Positions 11,906-24,276 of a stretch of 64,000 nucleotides of DNA are shown in pieces. This DNA comes from Zancudomyces culisetae HAW-14-8. Lineage: Eukaryota; Fungi; Kickxellomycota. A program made the position numbers and the translations under genes. The DNA lies in the NCBI GenBank assembly GCA_052426225.1, contig JBNJNM010000023.1, forward strand, positions 558,001 through 622,000. The letters run 5' to 3'. The notes under the pieces were generated by a model that was not told where the DNA came from, did no database searches, and saw nothing but the letters and a program-made list of their open reading frames with translations. The stretch's first letter is position 1. Each line of letters opens with the position of its first letter.

Positions 11906-13745
11906 ATGAGCTCAAAAAAAGTACTACCAAAATTTTTTTCTGTTTTTCATGGGTTTGATATTGGTGAAGGTGAGTACACCATGACCTTGGTTGAACAGAA
12001 CATTGTCAAGATAGTAAGCGAAATCAGAAGCAAAAAACGATGGAATATAAAAATAAAAGATCCAGAAATACGGGCAAAATGGAAACAAGAGTTGCTTGCC
12101 AACTTTAATGAAAAGGATATCCAGTTTGCTCTTGATGAGTGCAAGTATTTGGCAGAAGATTACGCTGAGGGAGAAAAAATACTAGAAGCCGTAGATGGAA
12201 CGTTTTTTGCAGACGAGTACATTCCAAAATCCGTACTAAACCAGCTTATCCAAGCTGTCGAAGAGTTTGAAAAAGATACCAAAAATAGCCAGGACTGGCA
12301 TCCTGGATCCGACCAACAAGTCCTGGACCTAGTCCATCCATCACTCTATTCTGTTATCAATGGAGTAAGCAGGGCGGTTACAAAGGATTTGAGTCCTAAT
12401 GAAACGGATATAATGAGGAGCTATATGAACTTGGGTGCAGGAAGCGTGGATAATTTAGTATTTGAAACTGACAAAGATAGCAGAAAGCGTAAGTGGTATG
12501 ATATTGTTATATCAGATAAATTCCAATAGTTGCCCGCAGAAGTAGATGTGGATGCTGAAGGAAACACAAAAATCTTGTCATACATCAACAATCTGAACCC
12601 CAAAAAATACGGTAAACTTTACACTTGCATTGAACAAGTGTTGAGTCACTTTGTGCCAATATTTAGCAAAGTATTGACATATTCAACCGAAAAATACGTT
12701 AGCAGACAAACCCCACGCATTGCACCAAGAACGTACTATATTGAAAGTGAGAGTGAATTTATCTGCAGAATCTGTAAAGAGGAAAATAAGCCTCTAAAAA
12801 AAAAACAAGATGAAGATGGTGATGGTGATGGTGATAGTGATAGTGATAATGGTATATACGAGATTAGGGAAAGATTCTGCGAGGAAAAATTGGTTATACC
12901 ACCCGCTGAGTATCTATTTTCTCAACAAAATATCAACAAACCCATTGACAGAGTTGATTTGAAAGGAACAAGGCTTCAGGTTATTGTAAAGATGGCCAAC
13001 ATTTGTCTAACCCCAGAAAAACCAACATACAAGGGTGGAGTTTGGCATATCGAGGGTATGTTGAATGAAGATATTGTAAGCACCGGAATATACTACTATC
13101 ACCAGGAAAACATCACTGAATCGAAATTAAACTTTCGAAAAGCAGTAAGAGAACCAGGATATGAACAATATGACGATCTAGGTGTTAAGTTAACTTATGG
13201 GTTGGAAAATGAAGGGGCATTGAATCAGTTTTTGGGAGGAGTAGTAACTCACGAAGGGAGATGTTTATCTTTTCCTAATCGGTACCAGCATCAAGTACAA
13301 CCATTTGAGTTAGTCGACAAGACCAAGCCGGGAGTCAGAAAAATATTGTGTTTCTTTTTAGTGAATCCAAACAACCGAGTCTATTCCACAGCGATTGTTC
13401 CACCCCAACAAAAAGAGTGGTATGTTGAAGAACTCAATAAAAACTCATCAAAACTAACCAATCTACCATCTCTCGTTTTGGAAAATATTAATAAGCATAT
13501 GGACTGGCCAATCGAAAGAAATGATGCCGAGAAGTATAGAGAACAACTCATGGCAGAAAGAAAGGTAATATAGAATACTCTGTGTTTATGTATTTACCTG
13601 ATGATACTGTTATATTGTGTCTTACCGAGTTAAGATGTTAACTAAAATGTCACTATTTTGTTGTAACTAACTATTAAAATAGTATTTGGTCAATGACCAA
13701 GATGGAATTTCATTTGAGCGTCAATTCTCATTATGTGAACACTAG
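11906..13745 (+). CDS. DUF4246-family 2OG-Fe(II) oxygenase-like protein with one in-frame TAG (12527-12529) at a conserved Trp; intron 13565-13682
   Basis: Motifs DWHPGS..QVLDLVHPS, KFQ*LP (family pattern FQWLP), QVIVKMANI.LTPEKP.Y.GG.WHIEG, YQHQV.PF.L.D..KPG.RKIL. A GT..CTAAC..AG intron restores the C-terminus YLVNDQDGISFERQFSLCEH*. Could be a recent pseudogene. Confidence 0.85.
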
Positions 13746-14406
13746 GACTAGTTTCATATTTGATAATATAAATTTTGAAAAGCTTGATATTTTCATGGAG
13801 GTTGGGTTAAAATGTGGCCTTATTTTTGAGACTTAAGTCTATTTTATTTTAAATGTTGAACATGGCAGTACGCTACAAAAAATCTTTAAATTTTTCTAGC
13901 AAGCCTATATCTTTAAAAGTGATTAATAAATGAAAGCTCACTGGAAAACTTACAAACTCTGACTATACCATGTTTTTCTTTTAATACAAAGCTATAAAAA
14001 GTCACTTCATAGGTGCAGACAAATACTTGAATCAATGTATGATGGGCATAGAATCCCTAAGGTGGCAGAAAAGAGTTGATTCAGAAAACTGTTATGTGTG
14101 ATTACTGTTTTTGTCGCTTTACATGATATCATTAATAAACTGACCAAAAAATTTGGCTTAATAAAAGTAAAACAATCGGGATATTGGCATTGAACAGTAT
14201 TCCTATATATATAAAAGTATCTAGAATACTCAACCAGGTCAGAAGATTGTCAATTTATACATATTTATTCTTGATCATGCGTTATAGTGCCAAACATACA
14301 AATTTATGTTCAAGATGACGTTCTTATGTGGAATAGTTAAATAATTTATTCATTTAAATCTAAATAGCTCTACCACTAAAAAATAGCGAGCCTAGCAATA
14401 AAAATC

Positions 14407-14847
14407 TTAAAAATTTGCGTATGAGGGAATCCAAGCATAAGATTTTGCAAAACTATTGCTAATTCCAGGATAAATAGCATTAAGCTTAACATGATCGACT
14501 TTAGACACGGTAAAGCACCTACCCGTACAATCAACATTTGTGCATGTTGTAAACACGCCATCTCCTTTAGGTAAATCAAGAACTTTTATAGCACCAATCT
14601 GGTTTGATGAATAGCATTTGTTTGGTACGATTTCGTAGGTACCCACATAGTTTCGGTAGTAACCGTTTTTATATAACTCAACTTTAGTTTTATCCATCAT
14701 GGGAGGCATCGGTCCAGGCACGTTTCCTAAAGCTCTGTTTTCATCTGTTGCTTGTAAAGTATTATTCTGTACACTTGGTGGCAACGCTGAGCTAAGTACA
14801 AGAATGCTGTGAATGCTGAGAATACTGAGAATTGCTGACTTGATCAT
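14407..14847 (-). CDS. Small secreted protein (146 aa, 4 Cys), possibly beta/gamma-crystallin-like
   Basis: Hydrophobic signal peptide MIKSAILSILSIHSILVLSSA, a low-complexity pro-segment, then a beta-rich domain (VELYKNGYY.., C.NVDC.GRC). TATA-like motif at ~14943-14952. Confidence 0.75.
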   Translation of the reverse strand: MIKSAILSILSIHSILVLSSALPPSVQNNTLQATDENRALGNVPGPMPPMMDKTKVELYKNGYYRNYVGTYEIVPNKCYSSNQIGAIKVLDLPKGDGVFTTCTNVDCTGRCFTVSKVDHVKLNAIYPGISNSFAKSYAWIPSYANF

Positions 14848-16869
14848 TTTTTGTTTTTTTTTCCTTTGTTAATGCTAATTTGGATTGTTGAAATTTAATC
14901 AAATGCGATGTAGTTTCTTTCAATCACGAAAAAGTTTAGGCCTTTTATACTTTTCACAGACAATGGGGTATGTTCTTAACAAAATTATTAAAAAAGTATG
15001 TTTGTACAATAGGATTAGGACTATGACTTTGGTATTATCATTGTAACCCTTCACTTATCTAGATACAATATGTGAGCACCATTCTTTATTACTAATCACA
15101 TTTAACTTTTAGAAACTCTTATAAATCTGTCCAATGTTATAAAAATTAGTGTAGCTTGCTTCAATACAGACAAGTCTATATTTAGTAACTTTATATATAG
15201 ATGTGTGTATAATGATCAACAGCTATTTTTAGATTTAAAAAATATATCAAGGTAAATAAAGCGGATTTATACCAAACAAAGCTAGTTTCTCCTGCTAGCT
15301 GTTGGTAATGCCAATCTTTAGAGTTAGATTATTAAGGTGGTTAAGTGTGACATAATTTTGTCTGGATGTTTGAATATTAGTAATAGGTTTTAACTTTGTC
15401 CAACCAAATGAGCTGAAGTTAGGCTATGGTTAATCCCTTGAAAGCATGTGATATTGACCTCTAAAAATTATATTTCGGCATCCGTCATAGTTTAAGCTAC
15501 TCTGCTGTTATATTTGGATTATTATTACTTTATTTTAGATTAAAGACAACTTGGTACCAAGTTAAATTAGTCAATTCATCTTCTATTAAGTAAACTAAGC
15601 GTACCAATAGCATTTGAATACATTACATTGTATAGTTAATATTATGCTCAATTATATAACGGGAAATGCTGCTAGCTTTATTAATAATAATTGTCACCTT
15701 TCTGTAATCCAAATAGTGTAAGCATTTTCTTACTAATGGTTAGCAAATTAGACAACATATTCAGTTTCTATCATAACTCATAGCTCTTTTAGGTGGTAGG
15801 TATCTTTGGGGGGGTGAAGGGATATCTAAAACATGACTAGTGTAGGTTTTATAATAGAATTGTGGTCGTTTACTAGCCTAAATATCAATAACTACCTCCC
15901 ATCGGGAAGAAAAGAAAATAATGGACAAATGGCCCTAATTATTTACAGGACCGAGTCTTTTTGTTCGTTTTACAACTATTTCAACATCACCTAGCAAGTT
16001 GTACTTTTTTTTCGTGTGTTAATGGGAATTTTAAAAATAATGGTTTTATTTTTAGAAATTTTAATCATCGGAGGAATATCCACTTTCTATTGCACCAATC
16101 GGTTTATTAATGGAGATTTTAGTTTATTTTGACTGCATAGCCGTTTCTAGTGTTCGGATTTAAGTATTTTTAATCCACTGAGAAGCGAAATCGAAAAGCC
16201 AATAACGAAAAAGGTGCCTAGTTGTATTGGGTATTGATTACAATGTGATTTTAATCCAACAATTGTGATGAGATTATGCTCACAGGGAAGGATAAAAACT
16301 CGTTCAACTTACTTTCACATCACATGTGTTTATTCTGGTTTAATTAGTACATTGTAAATGTGTTTAAAATTAGAAACAATATATTACGTTACTTGCTAAA
16401 TATTCACATGAAGCATACTAGATTCAGCCTGGATTCATAGGAGTTGAATTTTTTTCAACCTTTCTACAATTATAATATTTTTTAAAGGCCGTTAAAGATA
16501 CTAACAGGTTGTCTCTTTAATAGAGTTTCATGAATGTTATTGAAGGAAAACTTAGGGTGGATGCTTGAATAAAGAAACCCAAATGATTGTTGGAATAACG
16601 AAAAAACTACAGTTGGACTTTTCTCAAGTAGAATGGCAAAGTAAAAGTATAATCATGTTTTAAAATATTGATAGTTGTGCTAGCTAGTTTCAGGCATCAT
16701 TTGAAATCAACTACCAAAAATGGTAAAGACAATACTATTATTCTTTACAGCTGCAGTTCTACACTTGTTTTTTTCGGTAGAAATAAAATTTATTTAGGCA
16801 ATAAAAAGCTTTTAAAAAACAATCTACAAAAATAAGCGCATCCTATTCCCCTTCGACTCTCTAGAGTCT

Positions 16870-17530
16870 CCGTATTTCATGGACGTTGGTTCAAGGGGAG
16901 TGGGACTACGCTGATGTTCTTCAACACTAGGTAGCGGGGTAAAAAAGTTTCGTTAAGAAACCTGGCTGTGGAGATCACTGCTTTAACGCAGGTTGCGTTT
17001 GGATCCCGAAGAATCCCAGAAAGTTTGAGCTTTAACCCCTCCCTCAGGTGTTTACCCACGATTTTCCTGTGAAGCTCAACACACTCGGAAATCGTGCTAG
17101 ATAAAAAAGAACTATAATAATCTATAAGTTCAACAAGTAGGTCATTCCTAATCTCGTCCCATCTACTGCAGTCGGGCAGTCTCCTGTTGGTATGTTGTCA
17201 ACCTTGACGCTGTTGAATCTTTTTGTTCACTGTGTGTACCCTGTAATCCAGGAATCCTTCGAGTGCTTGATTGGATTTTACATTAAGTCTGCTATCAATT
17301 TTTTTATACCAGCCCACTCGTGGAAGGCTCTATACGTTGATCTGTCCACACCCGTGACTGTTTTTATTGCATTTTCCACGGTTTGCTCTATCAGTTTTAT
17401 CCCTGCTTTTGACATTCCGAATATCTCTCCTCCATACCCAGCGACCGCAATCACTATTGACATACTTCTATCTTTTTCATCAACAGACGGGTATTTCTGT
17501 TTTTGAGTAGGTAGTAGTTGCTCATGGTTG
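16870..17530 (-). mobile_element. Degenerate non-LTR (LINE-like) retrotransposon fragment, RT thumb/C-terminal region
   Basis: Reading through stops gives AGYGGEIFGMS...RAFHEW...LIADLM*NPIK...SWITG.TQ*TK and a downstream TARFL...R segment, resembling fungal non-LTR ORF2 C-termini. Stops and internal deletions are present. Confidence 0.6.
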
Positions 17531-17945
17531 CTCTTTGCACCTTCTCTTTTCCTTCTTGTATGTGTAATTTGCTATTCTAGTATTTGCCTAAATAACGCTA
17601 CTTATTTTCATTGCTTTGCTTCTGGAGCTTCTGCGCTTCTTAAAAAAATATTCTAAGCTTGTATTTTCAGCGTTAATATTTACTTTTTATTTGTTAGTTT
17701 TTTTTGCTAATTAATTCAATAAAAATTATTAATTTTAAAACGGCCAGTAAAAAGTGCTCTAATTTACACATACAGATCGTTTTTACCGAAAGTGGTGTAT
17801 TACATTATTTATTCTCCTGAGTAAATACTACACATCCTGATATGTTGTCATAAACATGCAGTTACAATTTTAATTCGCTATAAGGTATGGATTTGGCATA
17901 AATCTCGATAAAATCCAATATGACCACACTATATTTGTGTAATAT

Positions 17946-17977
17946 ACACATACACGCACACGCACACGCACACATAC
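17946..17977. repeat. (CACACG)n-type microsatellite upstream of the Cys-rich secreted gene
   Basis: acacatacacgcacacgcacacgcacacatac read directly. Confidence 0.7.
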
Positions 17978-18217
17978 CAAAAACATACCTAGTATCAAAT
18001 TGTTTCACGTTTTAATTCAATACAGTTTAATATAGTAAGTGTTTACTCAAGCAAGAGTAGTTCTATCAGCATAAAAAAAGTATAAATACCTTCAAATTCG
18101 GCCATATTCTGAGTTTTCAATATCGCTCTATCGCACTCTAATAGAAGAAAAACTATAATCATTCAACCCCTTAGCTAGACTTCACTAAAAAAAACCTTGT
18201 TAGAAAATACACTAAAG

Positions 18218-18955
18218 ATGAAAGCATTTACCCTTAGTTTGCTGACCCTCGCTTTAAACGCCTTGAGCGTATCCGCGTCCTCACAACAGGCACAAAGCAA
18301 TGAGTATCAAAATTCAGTACGTCAATTTGATAACCAAATTGATGGGTCTGGAAATGAAGGTGTTGTTTTCAACCAAAACGAAAACACCAACAACAACAAT
18401 GGAGATTGGATCCAAAATCTGGGTGATCTAACCTACGCTGAGAACAATAGTGAGTATTCAAACGAGTCCTGCGATGGAGCTTTAGGAAATGAGTTGGCTG
18501 CCGGAAAACGCAGAGGATCAAGAAGAGTTAGAAGATGCAAGAGAAAATTCAGAAAGTGCTTGTTCAGAGTAGCCAGAAGAAGATGCATGCAAAGATGTGA
18601 AAGAAAGTGCTCTGAGTTTGAAGGCCCTGAGTATGAGAAGTGCACTGATGAGTGCCAAGTTAAATGCAGAAAGATGACTGCTAAGAAGTTCTGGAAACGC
18701 ACTAGACCATTCAGATGCTTCAAGGCATGCAAGAAGTGCAGCAGATGCCTCAGATCCAAGAGAGCACGTGTAAACAAGCTTTTCAGCGATCCAGTATTTG
18801 ATGAGCTCAAGAAGGCATTCGCCAACCTTAAAAGTACTGGCACCTTGAAAAGCTATAGAAAATTGAGAAAGGCAATTAAGGAGTCTACACCACCAGCTGC
18901 CACACCAGCCGCTGCATCAGCCGCCGCTCCAAAGCCAACTGCTGGTGGAAAATAA
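18218..18955 (+). CDS. Secreted prepro-protein (245 aa): signal peptide, acidic Asn/Gln-rich pro-region, GKRR site, cationic 12-Cys domain, Ala/Pro tail
   Basis: ATG at 18218 (MKAFTLSLLTLALNALSVSA). TATA box AAGTATAAATA at ~18078. CX3CX3C-X10-CX3CX3C core. A near-identical 3' end recurs inverted at the right window edge. Confidence 0.88.
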   Translation: MKAFTLSLLTLALNALSVSASSQQAQSNEYQNSVRQFDNQIDGSGNEGVVFNQNENTNNNNGDWIQNLGDLTYAENNSEYSNESCDGALGNELAAGKRRGSRRVRRCKRKFRKCLFRVARRRCMQRCERKCSEFEGPEYEKCTDECQVKCRKMTAKKFWKRTRPFRCFKACKKCSRCLRSKRARVNKLFSDPVFDELKKAFANLKSTGTLKSYRKLRKAIKESTPPAATPAAASAAAPKPTAGGK

Positions 18956-19343
18956 TCGATAGGCCGAAAGTAGTTCAAGCCAAAAGTGTATTCTTGGTTT
19001 AAATATTTTCTGTTATTCCAGCCGTGCTAATTCCGTAATCTTAATTTTATAACTTATTTAGTAAAATGGTTCGTTTTTAGTTTAACTAACTTATTAAATA
19101 AATATCATATAAAACTACAAAAAATAATCCTATAAAATATCTACTTTAAGTCGGTCTAAGATTTACATCCTATATTGACAGACTCCATCCAAAATACTCT
19201 CTTTTTCTAGCTAAACCAAGGATAGTGCCTCGGTTACTCTCTTCTTAATGGTGAGAGTAATCATTCTTTTTGACTCCCCTCCAAGGAGTCGTCCTACAAA
19301 AAAATTTTGCCATCCTTCATTACTACCTCTCTTCCCACTTCCT
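18927..19343 (+). repeat. Copy 1 of an inverted duplication shared with 63583-64000
   Basis: The reverse complement of 63583-64000 matches this segment (end of CDS, 3' UTR, flank) with only scattered substitutions; identity falls off after ~19290. Confidence 0.93.
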
Positions 19344-19510
19344 ATAATTGTCATATCTGGGATACGTTCCAGAGTTTTATACCTAACACCAGTCCACTAA
19401 CATATGTTCAATAGTTTTTGCGCTTTTTTTTACAAAATGGTCACTTTTTCTTAAACTTTTCATCCATTGTCTCCAAATTTTCCAGCCTCTTATAAATGAG
19501 AATAAACTGG
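19100..19510 (-). mobile_element. Decayed LINE-like 3' fragment (CCHC zinc-knuckle region)
   Basis: Minus-strand translation with lesions gives *PFC-KK..KTIEHML...FVGRLLGGES, the CxxC-x8-H knuckle and LLGGE motif of non-LTR ORF2 C-termini. Confidence 0.6.
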
Positions 19511-20068
19511 TTTTTGATATATGAAATGATTTAGTTGGTGACTATTAAATTATTACCGGTATTTCATTATCTGGAATAATATATCACCAAATTTATTTTC
19601 AGAATCTACATATCAAATTATTATTGTCTATTTAACGATATAAGGTTAGTATATTTACTTTTATTTAAACTAAGAGCTTTTATTTGTTTTTGAGTTTAGT
19701 AATAATGTATTCATAATATGAGCAAACTTTATTATTTGATACGAAATGAAAGTAAATTTAATAAAGTAATTTCAACTAAGTTATATTTGATAGATGGACT
19801 TACTTTTGTTTAATAATCCGATTTTAGTACGAAATATACCAAAAGGTTTGTAATCTAATTTAATTAATTTAATGACTTGTGCCAGCTTACAATTACTCAA
19901 CATTAGTAAATATAAATTTTTTTTGTTCTTAGTTTTAGAATTGCAAGGTTCTAGTATCAACAACTACTTTTTAGTGCTTTGAATAGGATATTTATAACTT
20001 ATTTTATATTTATAAACTGTAAATCGATGGAAATAAACTGTAAAAAAAAATTATCTGAAGGTGTAGAA

Positions 20069-21603
20069 TTATTGAACGAGTTTACACTCCTGGTATATGT
20101 TTTTTGGTATATACTGTTCAAGGTACTTTTGATAGGTGTTCCAGTCACATTTATCAAGATTGCACCAGGATTCGTTGGTTTTAGGATCTGGAAGTGTCGA
20201 AATTTGATTCCCATTATAAAGCGCGCGAATATAGTACTTTTTATCAGTATTGTTTCTCCAAAGCTCAATATGTATGCTTCCTGCATAAGGCACTAAATAA
20301 TCTTCAATATTATTTGTTTTAAATATAGCTAGCATTGGCACAATAGTCTCGTCATGACCTGCATAAATACTCATTCGAACAGTTCCGTTATTTGTTTTCT
20401 CGGCACATTGATTATGCATATCGTAGTCTATCTGCTTTGCAAGTTCAGTGTTTAGCTGTGAAAAAAACGCACCGCCAGTTAATTTATTGTATTCATCGGC
20501 GTATGGACTTAGTCTACGAGTATATGTGAGCTCAAAAAGAGTGTTTTTCAAACTAAGCTGGATATCGTCTTCTGTGATACAAGTATCTTCATTACACAAC
20601 TTTGGCTTTCCGTGGCATTCAATTGCCCAAAAGACATCTGCAAAAGCACGATAACCTAATGTCGAGTTGGCCATGACTGAAGATCCATACCCTAGTATCT
20701 TATTGAGTCTCAAAGCGTCCGAGTATGAGTTGTTGAAATAAGATTGATATTCTGGAGTTGTTCGCATCAATGCTCCAAGTTGGGAAATTCTTGGGCACAT
20801 GAGTGAGTTGGGATACATTGTTTCTTTTTCTTGTGGAAAGCTTCTAAAACCAATAGTCGTATTTCCTTCTGTGCCTGATGGATAAAAACCAGTCATCAAG
20901 CCTTCCGCAGATGCTAGCGTTCTCCTATTTATTTATGAATAAAGTGTAAACCCAATTTGTATTTTTTTCCCTTTCAAACCAGTTTTTAATAATTTTTTTT
21001 AATAATTTTTTATGAACAAACATCAATTAATTATGTATTGTGCTAATAACTTTAGTTAAATTATAAAAACCAAACTTACGGGACATTAGTATGTCGAACT
21101 CTGATAGTGTCCTTTTCTAGCTTTTTGTTTAATAGGTTCATTTTATCAATATATACCTTTCTAAGTTGACTTCCATATGCTTCCATTTGATTCACCCCTT
21201 TTCTGGATAGTTGGCCAGTGAAACAATTTCCCTTCCAGTACAATCCTGCCATGTTGGATGCTTCATCAGAATCATCGGTGTACGTATCAATTTTAACACC
21301 ACCCTGGACACCTGGTACTGTGTTAGCATACGCATACTCGTAGTGCTTGTGGGGACAGATATCCCAAATTGTGGTGTCTTTAGGTGCAAAATAAGCTGGA
21401 GTTCTATCCCCGTGTCTTGATATTGCTTGAACAAAAAGTAATGTGCTGTCATCCATTGGCTTGTAGCTTGAGGGATTTGGGTATTCAGCTTGGCAATAGG
21501 CAAGCTTTGAAATATTATGGTTTTCTACCTCCGGTGGAAAGTACGTAGCACTGATGCTATGGATCAAAACGGATGTTACTGTTAGATAGACTTTAATTGA
21601 CAT
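20069..21603 (-). CDS. Secreted histidine acid phosphatase (His_Phos_2 family), 459 aa, 2 exons (21603-21080, 20924-20069)
   Basis: Signal peptide, catalytic RHGDRTP, GQLS..G..Q...G..LR..Y, RTLASA across the intron junction, HD motif (GHDET). The GTAAGT...TAG intron 20925-21079 restores the frame. Confidence 0.93.
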
Positions 21604-23803
21604 TTTTTTGTTTTTTTACTAGCAAACTAGCTTTTTGTATAAATTTTAGAATAGTATTACTTTAAACTAAGTTAGGAATTAAACTAGTACAGATTTGTGT
21701 AGGATGCATAGTTTGTAAGGATCTGTCTGTATTTATAATAAAAACAGAACTAAATAGTAGTGTTAAATACCATTAATCAAAGTATATGCTTATTTTTGAT
21801 ATAGGAGGATGTTTAGCAACCAGAAACACGTTCAGGATTTTTATGTTACTACATTCACGTTTCTTAACAATTTAAACTTATTGGACAAAAATAACCTAGT
21901 TAGAAAAGTTATCGAGTGATCTTACGCAGTTTTAAACTATAAAATACATTTGTTTTGTCTAATAAAAAATAACCTTAGTATATGTTCAATAAGTACTAAA
22001 AAAAAATAAAATAAAGCTAAACTAGGGATGATTATGTTACCACGTGTATAGTAATTAGTCTTGTTTTTATTTTGATAGCAGTGTTGAACATGTACTAGAT
22101 ATTAAATATTAGATTATTGATTGTCCATTTTAGTGACTCTTAAAAATTAATTCCATTTTTCTGGATGAGCACGTTTTATTTTGATAGGGTAAATTTTATT
22201 TTTACCTTAGAGAGAAGTATACTTCAATAAACACTGTTGCCGATCACGAATTCCCTTAAACTTATAAAATTAATATTCAAAAAGCGGACATAGTCACACA
22301 AACACAGGACTATGTCGGATAATAAAGTTAACATTAGTGTTTACGTGAAACGTGGTTTGAGCGAAAGCAAAGATTGTATTTAACCTCAACAACATTTTGG
22401 ATTTTAAAAATGTTTTTAATGGAGGGCTAACAGAATATTTTTTCATTTTATAGATATCTTCAAAAACGTGCAACTTGAGAATGATAACAAATAATAGCCT
22501 CAAGATTACGATTCTGGACAAAAAAATAGAGCCACGGACCCACCTACTCAACTCGGTTCTACTATAGCTAACAATTAATGATATGTTAAGTAAAAAAATT
22601 ACACGAGTATTTATGCTAATCTTTTAATACAACTTTGTACAAATCAAGGGTTAAAGTTATAAAACAGTGGAAATACCTTTGTATAACTTTATACCGATTT
22701 GAAACCATTATCTTTTATAACGAGGTAGTGAAACTGGATTGCAGATTTTCATTATCAATCATGCTCTTGTTTCAGTTCAATCGATATGTATGAAAATTCG
22801 AATTTTAGTATTCGTACCTGTATTCAGTTAATATAAACAATAAATCTAGGATCCAGGCAAAATTAGACTTTGTACCAATTTGGGCAAATGTTTATAATTC
22901 GATTTCCACGTTTATTATTAAATATATCAATTGGAAAATACAAACTGAACAAAAGTAATTACCTAAACCAACTAAATTAACAAATCTGTGATTTTTTTGA
23001 GTTATATTGATATTCGATATATGGTTCAAAATAGATATGATTAAATTGTCAACTGTAAACTAAAATTAAAATTAAAATTAAAATACTTGTAGTTCTGTAG
23101 CTAAACCAAGGATATTGAATAAAAGTATAAACTTTGGAAATATACCCAGATTAAACTTTAATTTAGTATCGAAAATCTCAGACAACCATGTGTGCCACAA
23201 ACATCATTTTTTTAAAAGTAGCTCCGAGTACAACTATTTTTCAAATATGTGTTGGTTTCTTGTAACTTTGTAGAGTGGAGTTAATGAGAATGTGTTTTGC
23301 AGGCTAATCTTTGTAGCCCACTATTACTTGCCAAGACCGATAAAAAACGAAAAAAATACTACATTTCACATTGTTATTCCAGTTTGGTAAACAAGGATTG
23401 TGTATTTAACAAGGTTGGCCACACTATACAATGATAAACAAAGCCATAGAATCAGGGATATTGCTTTTAATAGTAATCTTCAAACATGGGATTTGATCAA
23501 AAATACCTTTAAAAAAAACAAAAGGTATTATTTGGGGAATAGGGAAAAGAGGAGAGGAAATAAATGTATGTGATACTTTATTAATATGATGAAACTTGAA
23601 AAGACTTGGTTAAAAAAATAGAAAAATTGACACATTTTGATAACTAGAATCAGCCATGTGTGTACTATTAACCGGAAAAAAAAAGCAAAGCAAAAGCAAA
23701 AGGCAAAAGGCAAAGACTAAATTAAAAGATAATCTGCAACACACTCAACAGTAAAAGGGATGGGATTTTCCCTCAACTACGATATTTTTACTGGTGATAC
23801 TTT

Positions 23804-24276
23804 TTAATTTGCTTTGTACAAACAGACTAATAGCTGCTTGGTGATATGAAAGAAGAGTTTTCCATTTGGGTCGAGCTCAATTCCAGCTACAATACCAAAA
23901 AAAATTTTCATTGATTTGCCGCAATTACATGTTTTCAAGCTATCATTATACATCCCAAGATCAGCCATGGTTATGGATAATTTGAAAAGATGGTACTTTC
24001 TAGACACATGGTATTTAAACAACCCGATTTCACTACTGATCATTAAATTTTTCACTCTGGTACTGTTCAAAACTCTTTAGGACAATCGATAAACGGGCAT
24101 TGATTGATTTCGAAATGACAGCATCATAACTGTTTTTGTCTCCTTCGTGGAGTCATAATTAGCACAAACTCGTCGTAAAGATCTGGAAACGATTGTGAAT
24201 ATAAATTAAGACATTCATCTACCAAAGTAACACTGGTCTTAAATTTTTTAAAGAAGTCTTCAGGTGTAATATCCAT
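23804..24276 (-). pseudogene. Decayed ORF with a C2H2 zinc-finger-like remnant
   Basis: From the ATG at 24276: ...CPFIDCPKEF, then after a frameshift ...LFKYHVSRKYH. In-frame stops present. Origin unclear, possibly transposon-derived. Confidence 0.3.

Noticed and set aside
15548-15563. Perfect 16-bp palindrome AACTTGGTACCAAGTT
   Set aside because: About one such palindrome is expected by chance in 64 kb, and there is no supporting context.
19205-19295. Three hairpins plus a U-rich tract resembling an snRNA/SL RNA, or a Helitron end, conserved in two copies
   Set aside because: The opposite strand translates as a decayed LINE C-terminus, conservation is explained by the duplication, the Sm site is non-canonical, and the CTAG is not followed by T.
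23098-23114. 17-nt exact match to 19208-19224 (TAGCTAAACCAAGGATA)
   Set aside because: No flanking homology; either chance or a tiny repeat remnant, not interpretable.
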